NCBI GenBank assembly: GCA_963774955.1
Contig: CAVZGV010000003.1
Span: 128,771 to 192,770 of the forward strand
Reading direction: 5' to 3'
DNA from: Candidatus Falkowbacteria bacterium
GTDB taxonomy: Bacteria > Patescibacteriota > Patescibacteriia > CAIXNZ01
DNA: 64,000 bases
Shown here one piece after another: positions 1 through 9,138 of the stretch. Position 1 is the stretch's first letter, and the number at the start of each line of letters is the position of its first letter. The notes under the pieces are model-generated. The model was not told where the DNA came from, ran no database searches, and worked only from the letters and a program-made list of their open reading frames with translations. A program made the translations under genes and the position numbers.

Positions 1-1
1 T

Positions 2-214
2 TTTAACGGGCCATTGGGTAAAATAAAACTGGAATTTGTCAGTAAGCCGTTGGTGTTGTCAAAAAATGTTCATTACTCCAAAAGGATGGGGGATACGGCC
101 AAGGTAGATTACGTAACTTCGGATACCGAGAAGACTAATACGCTTTTCGCTTACAAATGGAATCCAGCCGGTGAAATTTGGGAAGAAATAAACGCCGCCT
201 CATTTGATCAATAG
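2..214 (+). CDS. 3' end of a hypothetical protein (open to window edge)
   Basis: Frame is open from position 2 to the TAG at 212-214; the TTG at 14 is probably internal. Confidence 0.5.
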   Translation, partial: FNGPLGKIKLEFVSKPLVLSKNVHYSKRMGDTAKVDYVTSDTEKTNTLFAYKWNPAGEIWEEINAASFDQ

Positions 215-262
215 TTTTTACATAAGTTTTTAGTTTTTAATTATTAGTTTTTAGCTATTTTT

Positions 263-601
263 ATGTTTTGGTCCAAAGAAGTTAATAAAAAAGAAATTAT
301 CAATTGGGGCTTAGGCGGCGCTTTAGCCGAAATTGCTTATGTCCTGATGATCGCGTTATTAATCCAAGGCCTGAATAATGTTATGACCCAGGCTTCTCCA
401 ATTTTAAGCATTGCCTTTTTTCTGTTGCTTCTGGTCTTTAGCGTGGCTATGTCCGGCATTTTAGTCTTTGGTTATCCGGCTTATCTGGTTTATCAGAAAA
501 AAATCAAAGAGGCGATGGCAACTTTGCTGGTAACCTTTATTACCTTTATAGTCGGATTTGCGGTTTTAATTCCAATAATTTATTTTATTTCTAAATATTA
601 A
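263..601 (+). CDS. Small membrane protein (about 3 TM helices)
   Basis: 112-aa hydrophobic ORF co-oriented with the next gene. Confidence 0.7.
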   Translation: MFWSKEVNKKEIINWGLGGALAEIAYVLMIALLIQGLNNVMTQASPILSIAFFLLLLVFSVAMSGILVFGYPAYLVYQKKIKEAMATLLVTFITFIVGFAVLIPIIYFISKY

Positions 602-611
602 TAAAAAAATC

Positions 612-1358
612 ATGGAGCTTTTTATTTTCTTGGTAGTCGTCTTCGGAATTTTGATCTTAAGCTTTTTACGCCAGATCAACCAGTATGAGCGTGGGGTTAT
701 GTTTACTATGGGTCGTTATTCAGGTACTAAAAATCCTGGCTGGCGTATAGTAATCCCGATTTTTCAGAGCCTGCGTAAAGTGGATATGCGTTTAAAAGCG
801 GTTGATGTGCCTGATCAGGAGGCGATTACCAAAGACAATGTATCGTGCCAAATTAATGCAGTAATTTATTACAGAGTTTCGGATTCTGCCAAAGCAATAA
901 TTGAAGTGGAGAATTTTTATTACGCTGTTTCTCAATTAGCTCAGACTACAATGCGTAATGTTGTCGGCGCGGTTTCTTTGGATGAATTATTATCTCAAAG
1001 AGATCAGGTCTCTGAAAGAATTAAGGAATTAGTTGATAAGGCCAGCGATCCCTGGGGAATTGATGTCCAATCTGTTGAATTAAAAGATATTGTTTTACCT
1101 GAAAGCATGAAAAGAACCATGGCCAAACAGGCTGAAGCTGAAAGAGAAAAAAGAGCTGTTATTATCAATTCTGAAGGTGAGGTTTTGGCCGCTGAAAATA
1201 TTTCCAAAGCAGCTCAAACGCTTGCAGCTGCACCTGGCGCTTTACATTTGAGGACTTTAAATTCAATTAATGATATTTCTTCAGATCAATCTAATACTAT
1301 TGTTTTTGCCGTTCCTTTGGAAGTTTTAAGGGCAATTGAAGGAATGAGTAAAAAATAG
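612..1358 (+). CDS. SPFH/band 7 (stomatin/slipin) protein
   Basis: N-terminal TM, ITKDNV, LAQTTMRNVVG, AKQAEAERE, ALHLRTL stomatin motifs. Confidence 0.92.
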   Translation: MELFIFLVVVFGILILSFLRQINQYERGVMFTMGRYSGTKNPGWRIVIPIFQSLRKVDMRLKAVDVPDQEAITKDNVSCQINAVIYYRVSDSAKAIIEVENFYYAVSQLAQTTMRNVVGAVSLDELLSQRDQVSERIKELVDKASDPWGIDVQSVELKDIVLPESMKRTMAKQAEAEREKRAVIINSEGEVLAAENISKAAQTLAAAPGALHLRTLNSINDISSDQSNTIVFAVPLEVLRAIEGMSKK

Positions 1359-1377
1359 AAGTTGCAAGTATATTACA

Positions 1378-1403
1378 AAGAAGCTCCTCTTTCGGAGCTT
1401 CTT
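1378..1403 (+). terminator. Rho-independent terminator
   Basis: aagaagctcc-tctttc-ggagcttctt hairpin followed by a T-rich tract. Confidence 0.65.
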
Positions 1404-1460
1404 TAGTTTTGGGGATATATTTTCCTTTTATTTGTGCCTAAAATTTGCTAAAATATATGT

Positions 1461-3260
1461 ATGTTAGACTTAACGCGCTGGAAAAATAAGAAGAAAGTCC
1501 CGGGCAGTAAAAGCTTGGAACCCAGAATTAAGGTATTAGCCATTTGTTTGGTTCTTTTTGGCTTATTAATCATTGGTAAGTTGTTTGATTTTCAGGTTTT
1601 AAAGTTTGAATTTTACGCAGCTTTGGCCTCTGACCAACATGAAGTGTATAAGAAGCTTTTTCCGGCCCGAGGTTCAATCTATGTCAAAGATAAGGGTAGC
1701 TCGATCTTGGCAGCTGAAGAAAATTTGTATCCTTTAAGTATTAATAAAGATTATAATTTGGTTTATGGCCAGCCTAAATTTTTAGAACAAAGCCCTGAGG
1801 ATGTGGCAACTTTATTGGCGCCTATTTTAGAGCCTGACCAGATAAAACGCGAGGAATTAATCAAGGAATTAGTGGCTAAATTATCTAAAACAGATGATCC
1901 TTATGAACCGTTAGTTCATAAAGTCGAGGATAGCCAGGCTGAATTGATTAATAATCTCAAACTTAAGGGGATTAAAACTTCCAAGGAAACATTCAGATAT
2001 TATCCGGAAAATAATATTGGCGCCAATATTTTAGGCTATGTCGGCTTTGCTGATGACGGTACCAGAAAAGGTTATTATGGAATTGAAGGCTATTTTAATA
2101 AAGAATTGGCCGGCAGACAGGGTGAAATTCAGTCAGAAAAAGATATTACTGGGACCTTGATATCAGTGGGTGAAAGAAAATTTGTTCAGGCCAAAGACGG
2201 AGATGATATTGTTTTGACTATTGATAAAACTGTGCAATTTGAAGTCTGCAGTCAGTTGAATCAGCACGCTAAAGTGGTGGAAGCTGACAGTGCGGCAGCT
2301 ATAGTCATGAATCCGCAAACTGGTGAAATTATTGCCATGTGTTCCTGGCCTGATTTTGACCCCAATGATTATGGTAAAGTCACTAACCCTGCTGATTTTA
2401 AGAATTTGGCGGTTTATGATGCCTATGAGCCCGGTTCGATTTTTAAACCTATAACCATGGCAGCTGCACTGGATTTGGGCAAGATAACACCCGAAACAAC
2501 CTTTATTGATGAAGGTGAAGTAAAAATTGATGAATTTACTATCCGCAATTCTGATAAACGGGCTCACGGTAAAATGACCATGACTCAAGTTTTGGAAAAT
2601 TCTTTAAACTTGGGTACTATTTTCGCTATGCGCCAGATGGATCATAAAGATTTTCGCAGATACGTAGAAAAATTCGGGTTTGGCAAAGAAACCGGTATCG
2701 AACTGCTTGAAAGTGAAGGAAATATTGCCGCCATGCAAAAAAAGAGTGAGATCTTTTTTGCTACCGCTTCATTTGGCCAGGGGATAACGGCTACGCCCCT
2801 GCAGATGGTTCAGGCCTTTTCAGCCATTGCTAATGGTGGTAAACTGGTGAAACCTTATATTGTTGAAGAGATCAGGAAAACCGAAGGTATTGTCATTAAA
2901 ACAGAAAGACCCGAGCCGATTCAGATAATATCTTCAAGGACTGCGACGCTCCTAACCGGTATGCTGGTTTCTGTTATCAAAAATGGTCAGGGTAAAAAGG
3001 CGGCAGTGCCCGGGTATTATATGGCCGGCAAATCCGGTACGGCTCAAATAGCCAATTATGAAGCCGGCGGTTATTATGCCAATAAAACCAATCATTCATT
3101 TATCGGCTTTGCCCCGATTCGTGATCCGGCTTTTGTCATGATTATCAAATTTGAAAATCCTAAAAAAGGAAGCTTTGCTGAAAGTACCACTATGCCTGTT
3201 TTTTCACGTATCTCCAAATTTTTGTTGGATTATTATCATGTGGTACCGGATGATATCTAA
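1461..3260 (+). CDS. ftsI: Class B penicillin-binding protein (FtsI/PBP3-like)
   Basis: RGSIY, RYYPE, YEPGSIFK (SxxK), SLN (SxN), KSGTAQ motifs; upstream of murF. Confidence 0.8.
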   Translation: MLDLTRWKNKKKVPGSKSLEPRIKVLAICLVLFGLLIIGKLFDFQVLKFEFYAALASDQHEVYKKLFPARGSIYVKDKGSSILAAEENLYPLSINKDYNLVYGQPKFLEQSPEDVATLLAPILEPDQIKREELIKELVAKLSKTDDPYEPLVHKVEDSQAELINNLKLKGIKTSKETFRYYPENNIGANILGYVGFADDGTRKGYYGIEGYFNKELAGRQGEIQSEKDITGTLISVGERKFVQAKDGDDIVLTIDKTVQFEVCSQLNQHAKVVEADSAAAIVMNPQTGEIIAMCSWPDFDPNDYGKVTNPADFKNLAVYDAYEPGSIFKPITMAAALDLGKITPETTFIDEGEVKIDEFTIRNSDKRAHGKMTMTQVLENSLNLGTIFAMRQMDHKDFRRYVEKFGFGKETGIELLESEGNIAAMQKKSEIFFATASFGQGITATPLQMVQAFSAIANGGKLVKPYIVEEIRKTEGIVIKTERPEPIQIISSRTATLLTGMLVSVIKNGQGKKAAVPGYYMAGKSGTAQIANYEAGGYYANKTNHSFIGFAPIRDPAFVMIIKFENPKKGSFAESTTMPVFSRISKFLLDYYHVVPDDI

Positions 3261-3339
3261 CCAGCTTTGAGCATTGAGCTTTGTGTTTAGAGCTTTTGCC
3301 CTAAGCCCATAGCCCTAAGCTTTAAGCCATTATTTAAAT

Positions 3340-4725
3340 ATGAATCAACGAAATATGTCCGCCAAAGGCGGATCCGCCTCTGGCGGAAAAAAAATACTTC
3401 AAAACATCTTGCGCGATCTAGCCGGAAAAATCTTGAGTTATTTTGCGCGGAAAATTTTGCAAAAATATAAACCGGAAATTGTGGGCATTACCGGCAGTGT
3501 CGGCAAAACTTCAGCTAAAGAGGCGATTTATGCTGTTTTGTCGTCTCAATTTAATGTGCGTCAGAATATTAAAAGCTATAATAATGAAATCGGCACGCCG
3601 TTGACTATAATTGGAGAAGAAACAGGCGGCCGGTCAATTTTCAAATGGCTTAAGGTTTTTTATACTGTTTTTAAATTATTGATAATTAAGGCTAATAATT
3701 ATCCACGGATTTTGGTCCTGGAAATGGGTGCTGATAAAGTCGGTGATATTGAATATCTGGTTAAATTAGCCCCGCCTAAAATCGGGGTTTTAACTGCTAT
3801 AACCGAATCCCATTTGCATATGTTTAAGGACCTAAAGGGAGTTTTAAAGGAAAAGGAAAAGATTGTTACAACCTTACCAAAGGAAGCTGCTGCCTTGCTC
3901 AACGCCGATGATGAATATGTTATGAGTGTGAAAAATAAAATTAAAGCCCGCGTTTTGACTTATGGTTTTGGCGACGAGTCTAATATCAAAGCCGGCGAGA
4001 TTTTATTTACCGGCTTGGAACAGGATTTTTGCGAGACTCAGTATGACTGGGAATGTAAAACCTGGGGTACAAATTTTAAAGTAACTTATAATGGCTCATC
4101 CGTGCCGGTATTTTTACCGCATTGTTTCGGCAAACAGCAGGCTTATGCGGCTTTGGCCGGAATTGCGGCTGGCTTGGTTTATAAAATGAATCTGGTTGAT
4201 ATTGCCGATGCTTTAAAGGAATTTCAGCCGCCTAAAGGCAGAATGAATTTGATTGCCGGGATTAAATATACCCTGATTGTAGATGATACCTATAATTCAT
4301 CTCCGGTGGCGGCTAAGGCAGCGTTGGAAATGTTACAGTCAATAAATTTACCGGCTGGTAAAAGAAAAATCGCTGTTTTGGGAGATATGCTGGAATTAGG
4401 TGACCGCTCAGAATCAGCTCATAGGGAGATAGGATTTAAAGTAGTTGAGTATGGACTTGATAATCTGGTGGCAGTTGGCAAAGAAGCGAAATTAATAGCC
4501 GAGGCAGCCAAAGAAGCCGGCATGCCGGCGGAAAATGTTGAATATTTTGAGGACCGAGATAAGGCCGGTATTTATGTCCAGAATTTGATTGAGAAAGGCG
4601 ATTTGATTTTGGTCAAAGGTTCTCAAGGTATAAGAATGGAAAAAATTGTTCTGGAAATTATGGCAGAGCCTTTAAAGGCAGGGGAGTTGTTGGTCAGGCA
4701 GACAGGGGAATGGCTTAATAAATAA
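3340..4725 (+). CDS. murF: UDP-N-acetylmuramoyl-tripeptide--D-Ala-D-Ala ligase (start may be 3355)
   Basis: GITGSVGKTS, NNEIG, LEMGAD, DDTYNSSP, LGDMLELG, LVKGSQG motifs. Confidence 0.92.
   Translation: MNQRNMSAKGGSASGGKKILQNILRDLAGKILSYFARKILQKYKPEIVGITGSVGKTSAKEAIYAVLSSQFNVRQNIKSYNNEIGTPLTIIGEETGGRSIFKWLKVFYTVFKLLIIKANNYPRILVLEMGADKVGDIEYLVKLAPPKIGVLTAITESHLHMFKDLKGVLKEKEKIVTTLPKEAAALLNADDEYVMSVKNKIKARVLTYGFGDESNIKAGEILFTGLEQDFCETQYDWECKTWGTNFKVTYNGSSVPVFLPHCFGKQQAYAALAGIAAGLVYKMNLVDIADALKEFQPPKGRMNLIAGIKYTLIVDDTYNSSPVAAKAALEMLQSINLPAGKRKIAVLGDMLELGDRSESAHREIGFKVVEYGLDNLVAVGKEAKLIAEAAKEAGMPAENVEYFEDRDKAGIYVQNLIEKGDLILVKGSQGIRMEKIVLEIMAEPLKAGELLVRQTGEWLNK
3358..3387. repeat. 30-bp double-hairpin element, in frame in murF (SAKGGSASGG)
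   Basis: tccgcc-aaa-ggcgga-tccgcc-tct-ggcgga; related copies at 5028 and 50161. Confidence 0.85.
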
Positions 4726-4804
4726 GTCTAAAGTTTAAAGTCTAAAGTCTGAAGTTTGGAAAATTATTTTAAGGCTTGAAATTTTTTTATTTTAGTGTAA
4801 GATA

Positions 4805-4935
4805 TAACAATATTCAATAACCAATAACTCAATAATCAAACAATAATTAATACCGAATAAGAAAATGTTTTTTTAAATTTTGTTATTTGGTATTTAGATT
4901 TGTTTGGAGCTTGAGATTTGGTTATTGGTTATTAA
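4805..4935. repeat. AT-rich ~7-nt periodic imperfect inverted repeat
   Basis: (caataac/caataat)n left arm and (ttatttg/ttattgg)n right arm; shares tttggagcttg core with 19677 and 63156 copies. Confidence 0.65.
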
Positions 4936-4941
4936 AGCTAG

Positions 4942-5013
4942 GGCCTCTTCGTCTAGTGGCTAGGACGCATGGTTCTCATCCATGTAACAGGGGTTCGATT
5001 CCCCTAGGGGCTA
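4942..5013 (+). tRNA. tRNA-Glu (CTC)
   Basis: Acceptor GGCCTCT/AGGGGCT, anticodon arm CATGG-TTCTCAT-CCATG, T arm AGGGG-TTCGATT-CCCCT; CCA not encoded. Confidence 0.95.
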
Positions 5014-5022
5014 TTATAAAAA

Positions 5023-5094
5023 GTTCTTCCGCCATAGGCGGACCCGCCTCTGGCGGGCATCCTGGTAATAGGGGTTCGATTCCCCTTGGCGGTA
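5023..5094 (+). pseudogene. 3' half of a second tRNA-Glu, interrupted in the anticodon by the 30-bp element (att-like remnant)
   Basis: gttct[30 bp]catcctggtaat-agggg-ttcgatt-cccct-tggcggta; no D arm or 5' acceptor strand upstream. Confidence 0.75.
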
Positions 5095-5145
5095 TTAGCA
5101 ATATTTACTCTCAGACTCAAGGGTCTTTTTTTGTTTATTTGTAGC

Positions 5146-5174
5146 TTGACAAATGTGGTTTTTTTTGTTAAGTT
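5146..5174 (+). promoter_or_regulatory. Putative sigma70 promoter for the island operon
   Basis: TTGACA-17 nt-TAAGTT with TG extension. Confidence 0.45.
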
Positions 5175-5290
5175 TAGTTGATTCCCTGAAGAAGGGAAGA
5201 ATTTTGTTTTTTGATAAAAAAATAAGGATTTCAAAGACAACCCACCTACGCTCCTTTGGAGCTATGGTGGGTAAAAGGGAGGACAAGAAA

Positions 5291-5743
5291 ATGCCGTGTA
5301 ACATTGGTTATCGGGTGTATGCTCCGATCAAGATTCCGGCCCCAGTGCCCCAGGAATTCAAAAGCAGGACTGAGGCGCCGAAAATTGACGCTGAGCTTCT
5401 GGACAGATTAGGGGAATCAGATCCCGTATTCTGTGAGTGGCTCAAAGCCTTGGATATTAAACCTTTGCTGCAGCAGGCCCTGGAACGGGCTTTGACTAAA
5501 GTAAAAATTACCAAGACTCTGAAAGTTCAGATTTCTGATGCTGGCTATCTGGAGGCACAGGCCAGTTTTATTGGCGAGGCGCAAAAAGCCAAGCTGGAAA
5601 AATTGTCCGGCCAGGTCGCTTCCCAGTTTCAACTGGAAGTCATGAAAATGATTGCTGAGCTTTTGGACTATGAGACAGCCGTGACCGAAGATAAAAACGG
5701 CGGCTGGGTAATCGAAGGAGAAAAAAATGAGCAACGTTCATAA
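5291..5743 (+). CDS. Hypothetical protein, gene 1 of the AAA/vWA/PK/PurA-like operon
   Basis: GGGAGG SD then ATG at 5291 (MPCNIGY...); in frame with track ORF 5153..5743. Confidence 0.8.
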   Translation: MPCNIGYRVYAPIKIPAPVPQEFKSRTEAPKIDAELLDRLGESDPVFCEWLKALDIKPLLQQALERALTKVKITKTLKVQISDAGYLEAQASFIGEAQKAKLEKLSGQVASQFQLEVMKMIAELLDYETAVTEDKNGGWVIEGEKNEQRS

Positions 5744-5960
5744 GTATCTGAAGATCAGCAAAAGTCCTGACGGGAAAGACGGCCTGGAATTTGAACATTT
5801 TGAAAGTCAGGAAGCTGCTGACCAGGAACAGGACAGGTTTGTTGCCTTGGCTCAGGCGCTGGGTCTGGAAATCAAAGTCAGCAAAGCCAGAAAAGGCGGA
5901 CAGCCGATTGCCGGCAATACAGTCCATAAGGATTTTCTACCCGGTCGCAATCGGACTTAA
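5727..5960 (+). CDS. Small hypothetical protein (or frameshifted C-terminus of gene 1)
   Basis: AAGGAG SD before ATG; overlaps the previous stop across an A7 run. Confidence 0.65.
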   Translation: MSNVHKYLKISKSPDGKDGLEFEHFESQEAADQEQDRFVALAQALGLEIKVSKARKGGQPIAGNTVHKDFLPGRNRT

Positions 5961-5972
5961 GAGGAGAAGACA

Positions 5973-7928
5973 ATGACAGCGAAGAAAAAAGAAAGGTTTG
6001 AACCGGAGAATGCATTGCCGCTCGTGCCCATCTGGCTGAGCGAACAAATTATCTGTCCGTTTCAGTCGGGCATTGCCTCAGTTTTTCTGCTTCATGGCGA
6101 TATCGGAGGCCTGGTGGCTAATCCGGACAGGGAAGACGATCCGGATGAAGACAAATACATTACGCTGCCCGAATTTTTCCAGAGGATTTTTTCCGAAAGG
6201 GAAATGGTCATCTTCTATGACATCGCCAACGGTCTGCGCTTTTTGACGCCGGAAATGAAAAATATTTTCCGGCAAAAAGTCGGACTGGACAGCGCACCGA
6301 CAGGTTCTGCTGACGCAATTGCCGCGGCCAAAGCCCAGCTTAAGGCCAAACAGGCTCTGCCGCGTGATGTGGAAAGCTGCCTGCCCCTGATTGATAAGGT
6401 TTTGAAAACCATGAACAATGTGGCAGTCATTATCCAATCGGCTCATTTTATTGCGCCGACTTCAAGTGGTGTGGCCTTACCGCCTAACGAACGGGTTAAT
6501 ATTGAAACGCTGCGCAACTGGATTCAGTCTGCCAATATCAGGAAAAGTAAAAATGTGGTTTTGCTGCTGACTGACCAGTCGGCCAAAGTGAGCTCGGAAC
6601 TGCGGCAAAGCGGTTCGGAACTGATCACGGTTTTTATTCCCAAACCCAATTTTCAGGAACGGCTGGACTTTATCCAGTCAATCGCAGTCAACGCCGAGCA
6701 GGCGGAAGCTTTATTTAAGAGGCTGAGAGAGCACGAAAGCAAACTGAAAGGGCTGGGGCCGGCCTCATCCAAACGAGCTACTCTTGAATCTGAAGTTAAT
6801 GAGATTCAGGAAGCGCTCGATGAGCTCCCGATCGCCATCGATCTGCCCAAGGACTTTGATTCCAAATCCATGGCAGTGGCCACGCAAGGCATGAATCTGC
6901 GTCAGATCCGGGATATTTTCCTGGAAAGCTCCAAAAGCGGCAAAGCCATTGACCTGGATTATGTCCGCCGTAGAAAGCAGGATATTCTCAATAGCGAATA
7001 CGGGGATGTCATGGAAGTCGTGGAACCTAAACGCGGATTGGAAGACATCGGCGGCATGGAACACATCAAGGTTTATTTTTCTCGCGTGCTGTCAGCCATT
7101 CGCCAGGGTGAATCCCGGCTGGTACCTATGGGTATCACGCTGATGGGTCCGCCGGGTACTGGCAAAACAGCCTTGGTTGAAGCTCTGGCTTTTGAGGCCA
7201 AGTTCACTTTTGTTAAAACCAAAAGCATTCGTTCCATGTGGGTCGGCGAATCCGAAGCCCGTCAGGAAAAACTGATTTGGGGTTTGCGCGCTCTGGCGCC
7301 GGTCGTGGTCATGAATGACGAGGCTGATTTGAACGAAGCCAACCGCGACGCGCCCAAAGGCGATTCCGGAGTTTCCGAACGCCTGATGAAGATGTGGATG
7401 GAACTGCTGTCAGATCCGAAAATCCGTGGCCAGATCATTGTCATCAACTGCACCAACCGGCCTGACCGGATTGACGCGGCGCTCAAGCGCAGTGGACGCA
7501 GTGATGAAAGATTGCTTTTGCCCATGCCTTCACAGGCTGAGCGGGAAGCAATTTTTCAGGTGATGATCAAGCGGCATCAGATTCCGACCAGTTTGAAGGA
7601 GTTTTCGGGCTTTGCCCAAAGCACCTCTGACCTGTCCGGAGCTGATCTGGAAAACGTGGTCCTTCGCGCTTACAGCTTTGCAGCTGAAAAGGGTAAAAAG
7701 GTCATTGACGAAGAATGCCTGCAGGAGGCGATCAGGGATTTTATTCCCAGCGCCAGTCAGGAAGCGATTGACCGGATGACTTTGTACGGCTTGTCTGAAT
7801 GTTCTTCGCGCCGGCTTTTGCCTCCCAATGCCAAGGAAATCCTGATCAAGATCATGCAGCGTCGGCTGGTGCCTGAACAGGACGAAATCGTCGCGCTGAT
7901 CAAATCACGCAAGATCGTGGAGTTGTAA
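5973..7928 (+). CDS. AAA+ ATPase with degenerate N-terminal and intact C-terminal AAA domain (Ycf46/CDC48-like architecture)
   Basis: Walker A GPPGTGKT, Walker B VVMNDEAD, pore loop SMWVGESE, SRH TNRPDRIDAALKRSGR; AAGGAG-like SD. Confidence 0.9.
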   Translation: MTAKKKERFEPENALPLVPIWLSEQIICPFQSGIASVFLLHGDIGGLVANPDREDDPDEDKYITLPEFFQRIFSEREMVIFYDIANGLRFLTPEMKNIFRQKVGLDSAPTGSADAIAAAKAQLKAKQALPRDVESCLPLIDKVLKTMNNVAVIIQSAHFIAPTSSGVALPPNERVNIETLRNWIQSANIRKSKNVVLLLTDQSAKVSSELRQSGSELITVFIPKPNFQERLDFIQSIAVNAEQAEALFKRLREHESKLKGLGPASSKRATLESEVNEIQEALDELPIAIDLPKDFDSKSMAVATQGMNLRQIRDIFLESSKSGKAIDLDYVRRRKQDILNSEYGDVMEVVEPKRGLEDIGGMEHIKVYFSRVLSAIRQGESRLVPMGITLMGPPGTGKTALVEALAFEAKFTFVKTKSIRSMWVGESEARQEKLIWGLRALAPVVVMNDEADLNEANRDAPKGDSGVSERLMKMWMELLSDPKIRGQIIVINCTNRPDRIDAALKRSGRSDERLLLPMPSQAEREAIFQVMIKRHQIPTSLKEFSGFAQSTSDLSGADLENVVLRAYSFAAEKGKKVIDEECLQEAIRDFIPSASQEAIDRMTLYGLSECSSRRLLPPNAKEILIKIMQRRLVPEQDEIVALIKSRKIVEL

Positions 7929-7934
7929 AGGACG

Positions 7935-7976
7935 AAAGCCCCGCACCTCCCGCGTCGCGGGATGGTGCGGGGTTTT
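7935..7976 (+). terminator. GC-rich hairpin between AAA and vWA genes (terminator/attenuator-like)
   Basis: gccccgcacc-tcccgcgtcgcggga-tggtgcggggtttt. Confidence 0.5.
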
Positions 7977-8010
7977 CTCAGCATTAATCGGTAAACAAAG
8001 GAGGTAGAAA

Positions 8011-9030
8011 ATGGGTGGTCCTTCAGGTAAGTTTTATGACAGGGATGTGAGTGATAGAAGTAGCCGGACATCAAGCGGTACTTCTCAGGTTTCTGAAGAA
8101 GCCATGTCCCGCTCAAGAGTTGATGCCTCGCTTTTGCCCAAGGGACGGGAATTGGTCTGCAATGCCAAAAGTCCTTTGGTCTATGCTTTTGACGTAACCG
8201 GTTCAATGGGTAATTTGCCCAAGATCATTTATGACAAGATGCCCATGATTGCCGGACAGCTGGTGGAACAGGGTTATCTTGATGATCCCATGATCAGTAT
8301 TGCCGCTGTCGGCGACATCGAGTCGGATCTGGCACCTATTCAGATCGCGGATTTTTCTTTGATCCGCGCCCTGGATACCTGGCTGCAGAAGATCTGGCTG
8401 GAAGGCAATGGCGGCGGACAGGCCAAAGAATCTTATGAATTTACGGCCTATTTCTACGCCAGAATGTTCAAGATGCCCAAGGCAGTCACGCCATTTTTCC
8501 TCTTTACCGGAGACGAAGGTTTTCGGGAGGAATTGCTGGTCAATGACCTGAAAGCCCATTTTGGTGGAGAACATCAGAAAGTCAGCGCCTTTACCATTTT
8601 CGAGGAGCTCAAGAAGAAGTTCTTCGGCAATGTCTATCTGATCCATCGGAAATATGAGCGTTCGGAAAATGCCAGCATCGTCAGACAGTGGCAGGAAGCT
8701 CTGGGCAAAGAACGGGTGATTGATCTGCCCGAGGATCTGGCCATTGCCGATCTTACTCTGGGGCTTTTCGCAGTCACCGTCGGCGGTCGTACCCTGAAAG
8801 ATTACCTCAAGGAAATGAAGGAGAGGGAACAGACCGAAGACCGTATCAAGAAAGTCGGCAAGGCTCTGGAAGTCGTGGCCAGTCTGGCCAAGTCAAAGCC
8901 GGCTGACGCAGACGAGGAAAAAAATTCCGCGGCTGATGATGACGACGATAACAAGCCGACCAAGTCGGACAAACCAAAGCCGACTGATAAAAAGAAAAAA
9001 CCCGGCGGGAAAAAGCCCGGCCGGTTCTAA
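8011..9030 (+). CDS. von Willebrand factor A (MIDAS) domain protein with charged C-terminal tail
   Basis: FDVTGSMG (DxTxS), AVGD, GNGGGQAKESYE, FLFTGDE; AAGGAGG SD. Confidence 0.85.
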   Translation: MGGPSGKFYDRDVSDRSSRTSSGTSQVSEEAMSRSRVDASLLPKGRELVCNAKSPLVYAFDVTGSMGNLPKIIYDKMPMIAGQLVEQGYLDDPMISIAAVGDIESDLAPIQIADFSLIRALDTWLQKIWLEGNGGGQAKESYEFTAYFYARMFKMPKAVTPFFLFTGDEGFREELLVNDLKAHFGGEHQKVSAFTIFEELKKKFFGNVYLIHRKYERSENASIVRQWQEALGKERVIDLPEDLAIADLTLGLFAVTVGGRTLKDYLKEMKEREQTEDRIKKVGKALEVVASLAKSKPADADEEKNSAADDDDDNKPTKSDKPKPTDKKKKPGGKKPGRF

Positions 9031-9138
9031 GCTCTAAATTTTAGAGACTCAATCAGTTTGGGGCAACCCAAACTGATTCTACTCTGGAATTTATGGTAAT
9101 GAACATTGAAACTCAAAAAAATTAAGGAGGGAACAGAG

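Noticed and set aside
4805-4935. CRISPR array in periodic intergenic sequences
   Set aside because: The units are 7-9-nt degenerate repeats forming hairpins; there are no 25-40-bp identical repeats with unique spacers and no cas genes anywhere in the window
5023-5094. Intron-containing or trans-spliced functional tRNA
   Set aside because: No 5' half or D arm is present, and the insert is a repeat also found in coding genes
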